A DNA stretch of 64,000 nt from the NCBI GenBank assembly GCA_963693055.1, contig OY843751.1, positions 3,104,001 through 3,168,000 of the forward strand, read 5' to 3'. Positions 27,993-38,166 of this stretch are shown piece by piece. The stretch's first letter is position 1, and each line of letters begins with the position of its first letter. The notes beneath the pieces were generated by a model. It was not told the DNA's origin. It ran no database searches and worked only from the letters and a program-made list of their open reading frames with translations. Made by a program: the position numbers and the translations under genes. Source of the DNA: a bacterium (lineage in GTDB: Bacteria > Zhuqueibacterota > Zhuqueibacteria > Residuimicrobiales > Krinioviventaceae).

Positions 27993-29816
27993 ATGTATAA
28001 AAAATCGACCCCATTATATTTTTTACTTCATTATATACAAAAATACAAATTTATTCTGGCAATTGGTATTGTTTTTATTTTAATCACAACAGCATTGCAG
28101 GTATTGAATCCCTGGCTGATAAAGTATGCTATAGATTATATATCTTCTATAAAAACGGCTAATCCTGAAACTATGCTTCCCTTGATGGATACTGTATTAT
28201 CTTTTGTATCTATTGACTCTCCCACCCTTGTTTTGCTTGTTTATATATTCATCATAATCATAGCTACTATATTCCAGGGTATTTTTAGATTTCTAATGCG
28301 TTATACCATAATTGGTGTATCCAGAAAAATAGAATATGACATCCGGAATGATTACTTTACCCACCTTCAACGACTAACCCAATCCTTTTATCAAAGGAAC
28401 CAAATGGGTGATCTTATGGCAAGGGCAACCAATGATTTAAACGCAGTCAGATCGCTTTTTGGTCCCGGAATTATGTATATGGTTACAACATTTTTCCTCT
28501 TTGTTATTACCATATCCTTTATGTTAAGCATAAATAAAACATTAACATTATGGGCGTTGCTTATTGTTCCTGTTTCAATATGGTTGGTTTATAAATTGGT
28601 TTCTAAAATAGAATCTCTTTTCAAAATCATACAGGAACAGTTTTCAAAACTTACCGCTACTACAGAAGAAAGTATTAATGGTATTCGAGTAATAAAGTCT
28701 TATACCCGTGAAGAACCATTTATAGCTAAATTCAACAAAGAAAGTAAAGACCTTGTAGATAAAAATCTGGCTTTGGCAAAGATAAGGGCTATGCTCCGCT
28801 CTTTGATACAATTTACAACCAGTATCGGATTGTTAATCATCCTGTGGGTAGGTGGACAAAAAATCATAAATCAAACATTAACCATAGGTGATTTGGTTGC
28901 ATTTTTTGCATATCTGGCCATGTTGACCTGGCCCATGATTGCTTTTGGTTGGGTTTTAAATGTATGGCAGCAAGGTCTTGCATCTGTAAAGAGAATTATT
29001 GCCATTATGGATGAAAAACCGGAATTTGAGGACAATGACCTTACCAATCATTCTATTCAGAATATTGAAGGGAAAATAGAGTTCCAAAATGTCTGTTTTT
29101 CATATCACGCAGATGAGCCGGAAATCCTTCATAATATAAATTTAACTATAGAAAAAGGTACTACAGTTGCTATTGTAGGGGCAACAGGATCTGGAAAAAC
29201 ATCACTTATAAATCTTGTACCCAGATTAAATGATATTCAAAAAGGTTCAATAAAAATTGATGGCAATGAATTACGTGAAATCCCCTTAAAAGTATTAAGA
29301 AATAACATAGGCTATGTTCCTCAAGAAAGCTTTTTATTCTCAGACACAATTGAAAACAATTTACTATTAGGAATAAATGATCCTGACAGTGAGGCACTTG
29401 AACATGCACTGCAAGTGTCACAGCTTTCTTCAGATATGGACCAGTTTCCTGAAATGCTTGATACAATAGTTGGAGAACGAGGTATTACTTTATCGGGCGG
29501 ACAAAAACAACGAGCGGCTATTGCCAGAGCGATCATAAAAAAACCCAGTATATTAATATTTGATGATTCACTGAGCGCAGTTGATACCTATACAGAAGAA
29601 AAAATTCTTAGTGGATTACGAAATGTAATGCAAGATTGTACATCTATTATTGTTTCTCATCGTATATCAACAGTAAAACATGCAGACAAAATCATTGTTA
29701 TTGATAATGGCAATATTGTTGAGGAAGGTGATCATACAGAGCTTTTAGACAGGAAAGGTGAGTATTTCAAATTATACCAGCGCCAATTGCTGGAAAAATC
29801 ACTTGAAGAATTATGA
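27993..29816 (+). CDS. ABC exporter permease/ATPase (MdlA/YheI-like)
   Basis: TMD plus GATGSGKT, LSGGQKQR, degenerate Walker B FDDSLSAVD. Confidence 0.92.
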   Translation: MYKKSTPLYFLLHYIQKYKFILAIGIVFILITTALQVLNPWLIKYAIDYISSIKTANPETMLPLMDTVLSFVSIDSPTLVLLVYIFIIIIATIFQGIFRFLMRYTIIGVSRKIEYDIRNDYFTHLQRLTQSFYQRNQMGDLMARATNDLNAVRSLFGPGIMYMVTTFFLFVITISFMLSINKTLTLWALLIVPVSIWLVYKLVSKIESLFKIIQEQFSKLTATTEESINGIRVIKSYTREEPFIAKFNKESKDLVDKNLALAKIRAMLRSLIQFTTSIGLLIILWVGGQKIINQTLTIGDLVAFFAYLAMLTWPMIAFGWVLNVWQQGLASVKRIIAIMDEKPEFEDNDLTNHSIQNIEGKIEFQNVCFSYHADEPEILHNINLTIEKGTTVAIVGATGSGKTSLINLVPRLNDIQKGSIKIDGNELREIPLKVLRNNIGYVPQESFLFSDTIENNLLLGINDPDSEALEHALQVSQLSSDMDQFPEMLDTIVGERGITLSGGQKQRAAIARAIIKKPSILIFDDSLSAVDTYTEEKILSGLRNVMQDCTSIIVSHRISTVKHADKIIVIDNGNIVEEGDHTELLDRKGEYFKLYQRQLLEKSLEEL

Positions 29817-31609
29817 GTATAAAAGAAGAAGAAAAACTAAATCAGGTACTAGACAGTCAACTCATTAAAAGACTGTTTGTATTTTTACTTCCTTATAAAT
29901 GGAAACTCGCACAAGCATTATTTTTTCTGGTAATTTTTGCATTGTGTGAATTGGCAGGTCCATATCTGATCAAGATTGCAATTGATAAAGAGATAGTTGC
30001 AAAAAACATCCATGGATTAGCACTTGTATCTGGTGTTTACTTTATTGTTATTACAGTTCAATTTATTGTCAATTATCTAAATCAATATATCACACAATGG
30101 CTGGGTCAGCATGTGATGTATGATATCCGTAAAATTGTATATGATCACATACAAAAGTTACCCTTGTCGTATTTTGACAAAAACCCTGTAGGCCGCTTGG
30201 TAACACGTCTTACTAATGACATAGAAACTTTGAACGAAATGCTATCAAGCGGTGTTGTATCATTATTTGGGGATCTGTTTGTTTTGATAGGCATTATAGC
30301 AGCTATGCTTCATTTGAATTGGAAGCTTGCCCTATTGACATTTGCAATTATCCCTGTAATTTTTTATGCCTCATTTCTGTTCAGAACGCGTGTTAGGGAA
30401 TCCTTTCGTAAAATCAGAGTACGTATAGCAAAAATCAATACTTTTCTACAAGAAAACTTGTCGGGTATGGCTATTGTACAATTATTCAACAGACAAGCAC
30501 AGAACGAAAAAGATTTCAAGGAACTCAATAAAGACCATATGCAGGCACATATCGAAACCATTCGTTATTTTGCAATATATTTTCCAACAATTGAATTATT
30601 GAGTACGGCAGCGCTAATGTTAATCATCTGGTATGGTGGTGTTCAGGTCTTTCATGATGCAGTAACCCTCGGTGTTGTAGTCGCATTTATTCAATACGCT
30701 CAACGTTTTTTTCAACCTATCAGAGATTTGTCAGATAAATACAACATTCTGCAATCGGCAATGGCCTCAAGTGAACGTATTTTTCAATTGCTTGATACCC
30801 CCATTCAACAAAACACATTAAAAGACGAGATAAAGTCATCAACCACAAAAGGCAAAATAGAGTTTAGAAATGTAAATTTTTCTTATAAAGAAAATGAACC
30901 GGTTTTAAAAAACGTATCCTTTACGGTTGAACCTGGTGAAAAAATCGCCATTGTAGGTGCAACAGGATCAGGAAAAACAACGCTTACAAGTTTGCTTACA
31001 CGTATGTATGAAGTGTTTGATGGAACTATATTGATTGACGACCAAGATATAAGCCAGATCCCTTTCAAAAAATTGCGAAAAAAAGTGGGTACCGTTCAGC
31101 AAGACAATTTTATTTTTACAGGTTCTATACGTGACAATATTCAACTTGAAAATCCCGAAATTGATGATGTAATCATACAAAAAGCGGCAACGAATGTGAA
31201 TGCCGCACCGTTTATTGAAAAATTGCCAAAAAAATATGATCATATTTTATATGAAAGAGGCAACAATCTTTCAATGGGACAAAAACAACTTTTATCATTT
31301 GCCAGAGCTCTGGCTTATGATCCGGATATTCTGATTATGGATGAAGCGACTTCAAATGTAGATACCGAGACAGAACTGTTGATTAGGGATGCTATTCAAA
31401 AACTACTCAGCAACAGGACTTCGATCATCATAGCACATCGATTATCAACCATTCAATTTGTTGATCGTATTATAGTCATGCACAAAGGTGAGATTCGTGA
31501 AATGGGCACACATGAAGAACTGGTCCAACAAAAAGGGATATACCACAGACTATCAAGCCTTCAATTTGATAATATGGAACCAAGTTATTCAAGCGAGGGA
31601 GCAGCATGA
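29813..31609 (+). CDS. ABC exporter permease/ATPase (MdlB/YheH-like), heterodimer partner
   Basis: TMD plus GATGSGKT, LSMGQKQL, MDEATSNVD, IAHRLST. Overlapping start/stop with its partner. Confidence 0.92.
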   Translation: MSIKEEEKLNQVLDSQLIKRLFVFLLPYKWKLAQALFFLVIFALCELAGPYLIKIAIDKEIVAKNIHGLALVSGVYFIVITVQFIVNYLNQYITQWLGQHVMYDIRKIVYDHIQKLPLSYFDKNPVGRLVTRLTNDIETLNEMLSSGVVSLFGDLFVLIGIIAAMLHLNWKLALLTFAIIPVIFYASFLFRTRVRESFRKIRVRIAKINTFLQENLSGMAIVQLFNRQAQNEKDFKELNKDHMQAHIETIRYFAIYFPTIELLSTAALMLIIWYGGVQVFHDAVTLGVVVAFIQYAQRFFQPIRDLSDKYNILQSAMASSERIFQLLDTPIQQNTLKDEIKSSTTKGKIEFRNVNFSYKENEPVLKNVSFTVEPGEKIAIVGATGSGKTTLTSLLTRMYEVFDGTILIDDQDISQIPFKKLRKKVGTVQQDNFIFTGSIRDNIQLENPEIDDVIIQKAATNVNAAPFIEKLPKKYDHILYERGNNLSMGQKQLLSFARALAYDPDILIMDEATSNVDTETELLIRDAIQKLLSNRTSIIIAHRLSTIQFVDRIIVMHKGEIREMGTHEELVQQKGIYHRLSSLQFDNMEPSYSSEGAA

Positions 31610-32295
31610 AAAACAGAACTGCTATCATAACCGGTGCTACCGGAGCATTGGGAAAAACTGTTACCGAACTTTTTAGAAAAGACAGCCAAGTTATAGCTAT
31701 TGCAAGAGATAAAGCAAAATTGAGCTTGCTTGAAAAACCCGGTTCCTCTTCACCCATTAAAACCATTGCGGCTGATATAACTCGTGTTGATCAGGTAAAA
31801 ATGGCAATATCCGAAATTATTCAGGAATTCGGGTCTATTGATATATTTGTACATTTAGCCGGTGGATTCAGTGGCGGCAAATCAATTGCAGATACAGATA
31901 TTGACACCTGGGATTCAATGATGAATTTAAATCTCAAATCTGCTTTTTTATTCGCAAAATATGTCTTACCGGAAATGCAAAAGCAAAAACATGGTAAAAT
32001 CATTACCATTTCAGCGATGGCAGCAATGCAACAAAAACCCAATCGTGCTGCTTATGCCATTTCCAAATCTGGGCTATTGACTCTCACCAAAGCACTAGCT
32101 ATAGAGTACAAGGATGATAATATTCAGGTCAATTCAATTACCCCTGGTATTATTAAAACTGAATCGAATATAGATGCAATGCCTGATGCTAATCACTCGG
32201 ATTGGATACCAACACAAAAAATTGCCCAAACTATACACTATTTATGTTCTGAAATAGGAGATTCTATTACCGGTACAGTAATAGAAATGCCTTAA
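31606..32295 (+). CDS. Short-chain dehydrogenase/reductase
   Basis: TGATGALG, YAISK (YxxxK), VNSITPG. Confidence 0.9.
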   Translation: MKNRTAIITGATGALGKTVTELFRKDSQVIAIARDKAKLSLLEKPGSSSPIKTIAADITRVDQVKMAISEIIQEFGSIDIFVHLAGGFSGGKSIADTDIDTWDSMMNLNLKSAFLFAKYVLPEMQKQKHGKIITISAMAAMQQKPNRAAYAISKSGLLTLTKALAIEYKDDNIQVNSITPGIIKTESNIDAMPDANHSDWIPTQKIAQTIHYLCSEIGDSITGTVIEMP

Positions 32296-32299
32296 TCAT

Positions 32300-32812
32300 C
32301 TATCTATTTATTTCTTTATATTCTTTTTCCGTCTTGAACAATTTAAATCCCCTTGCAATATAGTTTTCAAGAGCAGCTGGATGATCAAGATTACAGGTAT
32401 GTAACCAAACACGTTTAGCGCCAGCATTCCAGGCACCTTGAATAGCCTGTGACAAGAAAATCCCCCCCAGTCCTTTACCTATAAACTGCTTTAACAATCC
32501 AAAATAAACAATTTCAACATCTCCCCCATTTTGAAATTCCAGCTCAAAATAGCCTGCAGGTGTATTTTTATAATACCCAATCCAGGTTTCCAGTCCCTTG
32601 CGTGTACCATATTGATGCCATTGTTCATTTGTCCATTCAAGCTTGTCTATCCAATCCCAATGGCTGCCAACAGCAATATAAAACATTTTATTTATTTCAG
32701 GACATTCAACATCAATTTTTTTAGACCAAAAATCAGGATCAATTTGAGCTGAAGGAGAATATTCAATTTTATCTTTCATTTCAAGATAATAAACAGTCAT
32801 TTCAACATTCAT
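32300..32812 (-). CDS. GNAT N-acetyltransferase
   Basis: PAGYFEL, YFGL...FIGKGLGG, RVWLHTC..DHPAALENY..RGF. Start at MNVEMT, 1 nt after the upstream stop. Confidence 0.9.
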   Translation of the reverse strand: MNVEMTVYYLEMKDKIEYSPSAQIDPDFWSKKIDVECPEINKMFYIAVGSHWDWIDKLEWTNEQWHQYGTRKGLETWIGYYKNTPAGYFELEFQNGGDVEIVYFGLLKQFIGKGLGGIFLSQAIQGAWNAGAKRVWLHTCNLDHPAALENYIARGFKLFKTEKEYKEINR

Positions 32813-32813
32813 A

Positions 32814-33620
32814 TTAATCTTCCCAGTTGAAATAAACAGCAGTACCACGATCCATCTGTTGAAAAGACAATTCAAAACGATTACCGGTTCTGGGGGTCCA
32901 CACATAAGACCAGTTGTCACAGATACCGGCCTGACAAATGGGTTGATTATCGTTCAAGATTTCAAGGCCAAAATAGAGTACATCCCCTTTATATTTTGAT
33001 ATATCGCAAACTGTATTAAAAACCGGTTTACCAAATTTCCATTCAATGACAGTAAAATCCAGTTCAATGTCCTCATCATCAAATAATCCTGACACAAGCG
33101 CACCATCAAGCTGTTCGAGCACATTCTTGTCAATAACATCATCTTTAAGAATCTTTGAATCAATACATCCCCCTCGCAAGATTGCATGATCAGGAAAGAC
33201 TTTTGAGGGTTTAAATTGCAACTTTTCCAGGCTCAAGATATCTTCATCATACAACATTTGTCCAAATAATTCTTGCACCAATACAGCAACCGGTTCAGGA
33301 GGAACAAAACTTTGAATATCAGAATGTATCACCGTAACATTGTCATATTTTTCAAGGCGTTTTTTAGCAATCTGATACATTTTTATATTTGTTTCTACAG
33401 CGTAAACTTGCTTTGCACCCAACTTTGACATATGCTCAGAAAGGATACCAAATCCACAGCCAGCCTCAACACAAACAGCATTTTCAATATATGCTTTATT
33501 TTGGGTCAACATTTCTAAATAAGCATTTGTACGATTTTCATCATCGTAAATACTTATAAATGCCAATAGATCATCAATTTTATTAAAACGATTTTCATCC
33601 AACTCGTTAATAATATCCAT
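32814..33620 (-). CDS. PRMT-like class I SAM-dependent methyltransferase
   Basis: DENRTNAY, EAGCGFGIL, GAKQVYAVE, double-E loop QELFGQMLYDE, FPDHAIL. Confidence 0.75.
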   Translation of the reverse strand: MDIINELDENRFNKIDDLLAFISIYDDENRTNAYLEMLTQNKAYIENAVCVEAGCGFGILSEHMSKLGAKQVYAVETNIKMYQIAKKRLEKYDNVTVIHSDIQSFVPPEPVAVLVQELFGQMLYDEDILSLEKLQFKPSKVFPDHAILRGGCIDSKILKDDVIDKNVLEQLDGALVSGLFDDEDIELDFTVIEWKFGKPVFNTVCDISKYKGDVLYFGLEILNDNQPICQAGICDNWSYVWTPRTGNRFELSFQQMDRGTAVYFNWED

Positions 33621-33626
33621 AAATTA

Positions 33627-36389
33627 CTAGTTACCTTTATTTTTTGATGGAGTAAAAGTTTTACGTATTTCTAACTTTTTCTTTTTGACCGTAAAATCCA
33701 CTTTTTTCATTTTCTGGTCCATTGTTAATACAAATTCATGAAAAGGTTCATCCACAAATGTTCTCAAAGGTAACCATTTTTTATCAATTTTTACACGATA
33801 AAATCCAGGTACCAGGTCAGTAAATTTATAATATCCATTCGCATTCGTGAAAATTTCACGTAATAGTCCCATTTCATTTTCCAACATCACTCGAATTTGA
33901 TTTAACGGATCATCTTTGCCATTAAATTTGTGATTGTTATCCAAATCCAGAAAAACATTTCCCTCAATCAAACAAACCGATGTTAGAGGAATTTGTAAAT
34001 GAATTACAGAACCACGATTTATTGAAATAATTTTTTCATACTCTCCTTGAATTTGTAAATAAGCAGGCAAAGTTGAAACATCAATTTTGAATTCGTAATC
34101 ACCGGCATCAACCGGACTAAATTCAAACTCTCCATTTGAACTGGATATAACAGTTTCATCATTAAAATGCAATAAAAGCTGAGACAATCCAGGTTCGTCA
34201 GGCTCTCGAATTCCATTCTGATTTTTATCAATATAAATTTCACCCTGTAGGGTACCTTTGGTTTTAATAAATGGCACAGGTACATTGAATCTTGGCAATA
34301 TGGTTGATGTCATGGTAGCTGACAAACGCCACTCTCTTGTCAGCATGTCGAGTTCAGAAATAGAGTTACTTAACTCAAATCTTAGATTATAATTATTATT
34401 AAATGGATGTAATTGTAATCCTGTTCTTACACTTCCATAAGTAAGTTTGACTTTACTAAAAATCCCTTCATCATCTAAATACCCTAAATAGCCGGTAGTT
34501 AGTGAAAAACCAAATAAAAATCCTTTTATATTTGTATCAAAATCCAAAATATATTGATCTGTATTTTCATATTTTTTTTGTAAAGTAGATCTATATTCAA
34601 ATTTAAATCTGGACAGGTAATAAAACATATTCAAACCGGCAGAGTATCTTTGGGTATTCGAATACACAAGGGAATTCAACCTGTCTTCAAGACTCCTAAA
34701 ACCTAAAAAAGGAATAAATACGCCAATTTTTCTTTGTAATGCTATTTCAAAAGATTTCAAATCCGTATATTGCAGTTGCTCGGTTTTAACATCTTTGAAA
34801 TTAAAACTTGAACTTGTATCAAAAAGGTAGGGTATACGGAGAAATGTTCGTAATTTTATATCGGTAACATTTTCCAGAGAATCCGGGTATATTGAATTTA
34901 AATCTTTATTATAACGATGAATACTATTCCAGATATAAAACCTGCTGACAGGAGCATATCGGGATGTCAGTAAAGCACCATATGTGCCCCGGTCAGTTCC
35001 CTGAAAAGTATCGTCAGCCCAATGTAATGCTCCCGTTAGATAATACTTTTTATGATTTGTTTTAAATTGTACTTGAGCGGCTCCGCTGGTTGGCTTGTTT
35101 TCAGCTCTGCTTAACCCTGTATAGATGCTGATATTATGAGCACTGTTTCCCAGGATTGACGATGAAGTTATAAATGAAGCAGTATCTGCTTTAAAATATT
35201 CAGTTGATAATGAAATTTCATTTTTTTTAAATTTCAAACTAGAATAAAAAAATCTATCATCTTTGTATAATTTTTTCCCCTTGAACAAAATCACAGAATA
35301 GTCGTCTAATTTTAAATTCAAAAATCCTCCCCTGCTCAACTGTCCAAAAGTAAACAGATTACTGTATTGAGTAATGCTCAAGTCTGCAAGTAATGGATTT
35401 AATAATAAACTGGAATCTCCTAACCGAATTGTGCTATATTTGTTTTGTAAACCTAATTTATATCTATGCATATAGAATTCGGGTGTATCATTTGTTCTGG
35501 TTAGATTAGATTTTAAGGTAGATTCAAATAGAATTTGAGAGCGTCCCATCTTGATATTACCCGTTTCCAAATATATTTCAGTGTCAGGATAATATCCTTT
35601 TTGAATTCGGTTAAAAGAAAATCCCATATTTACTGGTAAATAAATTCCCAAAGATCGGTCCAATGCTTTTGGCGCCTGAATTAATTTAACAGGAATAGTT
35701 TGTATGATCCGTTCAGTATTCCAATTTGTACCGGTTTCTATTCGAATAGTGTATTGGTTTTGCAATTGTACATCAATGGGCGTCTCAAAATAAAGTTTAA
35801 TATGTTTTTGGGTAAATGGTTTCAAGATAAAACTTTTCTCAAGTTGAGGATTAAAATTCCAATGAGGAGGTAAAACAACATTGCAATTAACCGTATCTAA
35901 TACGTTACCGGTATTTTTAATGATAAAGGAAAGCGAATCTTTTGCTGCAGGAAACACAGATTTCCTTTTTTCAAGAAAACCAACTTTGATATTTCGTTTT
36001 GGCTTGATTGCGATTTGGGTTGCAGATGAATCGGTAAATCCATCAAATGAGGTAAATAATTTCAAATAATACTTTATATTTGCTTTAGTAGAATTTGGTA
36101 TATTGAGTGTTACCCTAACTCTTGCTTTAGACAGTGAAGGAATACTGTCAGGTGTTGAAAAAGTTATCAAATTCCATTCATCAGGTTTGATTATTTGAAA
36201 TTCAGGATATATTGTTTTTTCGGATGTATTGGTTATTATATAAGAAAAAAGTGGAAATTCACCGGGATTCACAGAGCGAGATTCGGAATGTCTGACGATC
36301 AATGACCTTGATGGATCTACAGAAACCGCAAAAGCATTAACTCCCAATAATACTAAAATTAACACAATAAACTGGTGTGAAATCTTCAT
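33627..36389 (-). CDS. Putative usher-like outer membrane assembly protein (Ig domains, beta-rich core, two SdrD B-like domains)
   Basis: Signal peptide. Two COG1470/NEW3-like Ig repeats (ITNTS, IKNTGN). Aromatic-rich beta region. C-terminal GEIYIDKNQNGIRE and GNVFLDLDNN repeats. Confidence 0.55.
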   Translation of the reverse strand: MKISHQFIVLILVLLGVNAFAVSVDPSRSLIVRHSESRSVNPGEFPLFSYIITNTSEKTIYPEFQIIKPDEWNLITFSTPDSIPSLSKARVRVTLNIPNSTKANIKYYLKLFTSFDGFTDSSATQIAIKPKRNIKVGFLEKRKSVFPAAKDSLSFIIKNTGNVLDTVNCNVVLPPHWNFNPQLEKSFILKPFTQKHIKLYFETPIDVQLQNQYTIRIETGTNWNTERIIQTIPVKLIQAPKALDRSLGIYLPVNMGFSFNRIQKGYYPDTEIYLETGNIKMGRSQILFESTLKSNLTRTNDTPEFYMHRYKLGLQNKYSTIRLGDSSLLLNPLLADLSITQYSNLFTFGQLSRGGFLNLKLDDYSVILFKGKKLYKDDRFFYSSLKFKKNEISLSTEYFKADTASFITSSSILGNSAHNISIYTGLSRAENKPTSGAAQVQFKTNHKKYYLTGALHWADDTFQGTDRGTYGALLTSRYAPVSRFYIWNSIHRYNKDLNSIYPDSLENVTDIKLRTFLRIPYLFDTSSSFNFKDVKTEQLQYTDLKSFEIALQRKIGVFIPFLGFRSLEDRLNSLVYSNTQRYSAGLNMFYYLSRFKFEYRSTLQKKYENTDQYILDFDTNIKGFLFGFSLTTGYLGYLDDEGIFSKVKLTYGSVRTGLQLHPFNNNYNLRFELSNSISELDMLTREWRLSATMTSTILPRFNVPVPFIKTKGTLQGEIYIDKNQNGIREPDEPGLSQLLLHFNDETVISSSNGEFEFSPVDAGDYEFKIDVSTLPAYLQIQGEYEKIISINRGSVIHLQIPLTSVCLIEGNVFLDLDNNHKFNGKDDPLNQIRVMLENEMGLLREIFTNANGYYKFTDLVPGFYRVKIDKKWLPLRTFVDEPFHEFVLTMDQKMKKVDFTVKKKKLEIRKTFTPSKNKGN

Positions 36390-36406
36390 AAAAATCAGCT
36401 CAGAAT

Positions 36407-36853
36407 TTACTGTTTTCGACTTTTTACTTCAATAACCAGATTCGTGCTGTATACAGAAGGTTTTGTATTCCAATCTACTAAAATTCGGAAATCAATTTTC
36501 ACTTTTTCATTTCCTATACCAGATTTTACTAAATTCTTTTGCAATTCAACAGCATGATAATCCTGACTTTGTGATAATTTCCATAACAAATCCTGATGTG
36601 GTTTTTCCAGTTCGACAGGATAAAACCAAGGTTGCTCAGTATATATATATAATTCCCAATAGGTTTCTTTTAAACTATTAATATTTACCAGAAAATCATC
36701 AACATTGGCATGTGTTTCAACATACCCCCTATCCAAATCAACAATTGTAGGAACAGGGATTTGTAAGGTTAAAAGGTTACATTGGATAATACCATCGAAC
36801 CCCCAAAGTACCAAAGGATAAAATAAAAGATAAATTATAAAAATCTTTTTCAT
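36407..36853 (-). CDS. Putative minor pilin-like exported protein
   Basis: Signal peptide. DLDRGYVE...WELYI...IDFRILVDWNTKPSVYSTNLVIEV. Paralogous to the next ORF. Confidence 0.5.
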   Translation of the reverse strand: MKKIFIIYLLFYPLVLWGFDGIIQCNLLTLQIPVPTIVDLDRGYVETHANVDDFLVNINSLKETYWELYIYTEQPWFYPVELEKPHQDLLWKLSQSQDYHAVELQKNLVKSGIGNEKVKIDFRILVDWNTKPSVYSTNLVIEVKSRKQ

Positions 36854-36861
36854 ATACAAAG

Positions 36862-37341
36862 CTAATTTAAAGGTTCAAGTCTTATTACAGGATCAAAAAT
36901 CCAATTACCGGCAGGTGTTGAGTTGACATCGATTTTCATTCGATAATCTAACATTATCTCCATATCATGCACACCTGCTTTTCCTGTATAGATAACCTGG
37001 GGTACCTGAGACATGCTGAAAAAATTATGATTGTTTGCACAAACACTAAAATCGGAAATGGGTTTAAAAATACCCTGGGTAGTGTATAGATTGGAACGTG
37101 TAGAATAGATGACCAATTGCCACTCAACATTACTGGAAATACGTATTGTTACAGCATCGGTGATCTCGTAATACCCTCTTTCATAATCAGAGAATGTCAT
37201 GTTAGGGAAACTTTTGGTATGTATTATTTGAAAATTTTGAAGCGGCGGAACATTAAAATATAGTGTAATATCTTCTGATTTTTGAGAGAATATTGAAGAG
37301 GTTAATAGCAAAAATAAAAAAGTTTTAAATCTACGGGACAT
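36862..37341 (-). CDS. Putative minor pilin-like exported protein
   Basis: Signal peptide from MSRRFK. DYERGYYE...SNVEWQLVI...LDYRMKIDVNSTPAGNW. Confidence 0.5.
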   Translation of the reverse strand: MSRRFKTFLFLLLTSSIFSQKSEDITLYFNVPPLQNFQIIHTKSFPNMTFSDYERGYYEITDAVTIRISSNVEWQLVIYSTRSNLYTTQGIFKPISDFSVCANNHNFFSMSQVPQVIYTGKAGVHDMEIMLDYRMKIDVNSTPAGNWIFDPVIRLEPLN

Positions 37342-38131
37342 TAAAAAACGCCTCACCAGCAACAAGAAAATCACCTAAAAAATCTACTACAACAAGAGCT
37401 GAATAATCGCCTTTATCAAGATCAATAATATTATCAAATTTAATAGTTTTGTATTTATTTGGCAAACAATTAAAATTTTTATTTTCAATTGTTTTTACGG
37501 TTTCGCCCAACTCATTTCGAATATCCACATAACTATTACATTTTAAACGAGTATTGCCAATATTTTTAAACACAGATTTAACTTTTAATGAATCATTCAT
37601 CGAATTATATTCAGCGGTAACATTTGCAATTTCTCCATTGTTTTCTGAATTTTGGTCAATAGTTACATAAAACCAAATGTATGACCGAATATTCATATAT
37701 ATGGTATAAGAAGACTGCTCATTTTGGGTTTGAAAACCAATCTGTGGTTCTTCATCTGGTTCAACAACAATAACTCCATAATATGTACCAGACAAATTAG
37801 AATCAGGTATTGCCAGAGTAAATCGAACATTCTGAGATTGCATAGGGGTAACAGAAAAATTTTCTGGACTTAAAAAAATCCATTCCATGCAGCTTCTCTC
37901 AGTTTCACCAACATCGGTTATTTCTATCTGATCATCCTCTACAACCAAATCACTCAGAAAAACACGATATTTCATTGTAGAATCTGCCTGATTAAGCAAA
38001 GAAAATGATTGATTTATTGAATCACCAGGTGAAACATGAAAATCAAACGACATGGGAGCTATTTGCCAACTTTCTTGCGCAAAACAAACACTTGTGGTAA
38101 AAAATAATAAAAGAATAATTACTTTACGCAT
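37331..38131 (-). CDS. Putative periplasmic pilus chaperone (PapD/EcpB/DUF916-like, two Ig domains)
   Basis: Signal peptide. IAP..F...PG......N, W..LSP..F.V.P.....VRFTL.IP....GTYYGVIVVE, and KNIGN in the second domain. Confidence 0.6.
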   Translation of the reverse strand: MRKVIILLLFFTTSVCFAQESWQIAPMSFDFHVSPGDSINQSFSLLNQADSTMKYRVFLSDLVVEDDQIEITDVGETERSCMEWIFLSPENFSVTPMQSQNVRFTLAIPDSNLSGTYYGVIVVEPDEEPQIGFQTQNEQSSYTIYMNIRSYIWFYVTIDQNSENNGEIANVTAEYNSMNDSLKVKSVFKNIGNTRLKCNSYVDIRNELGETVKTIENKNFNCLPNKYKTIKFDNIIDLDKGDYSALVVVDFLGDFLVAGEAFFNVP

Positions 38132-38166
38132 TTTTAAAATCGCCTAAATAATATTGAATATATATG

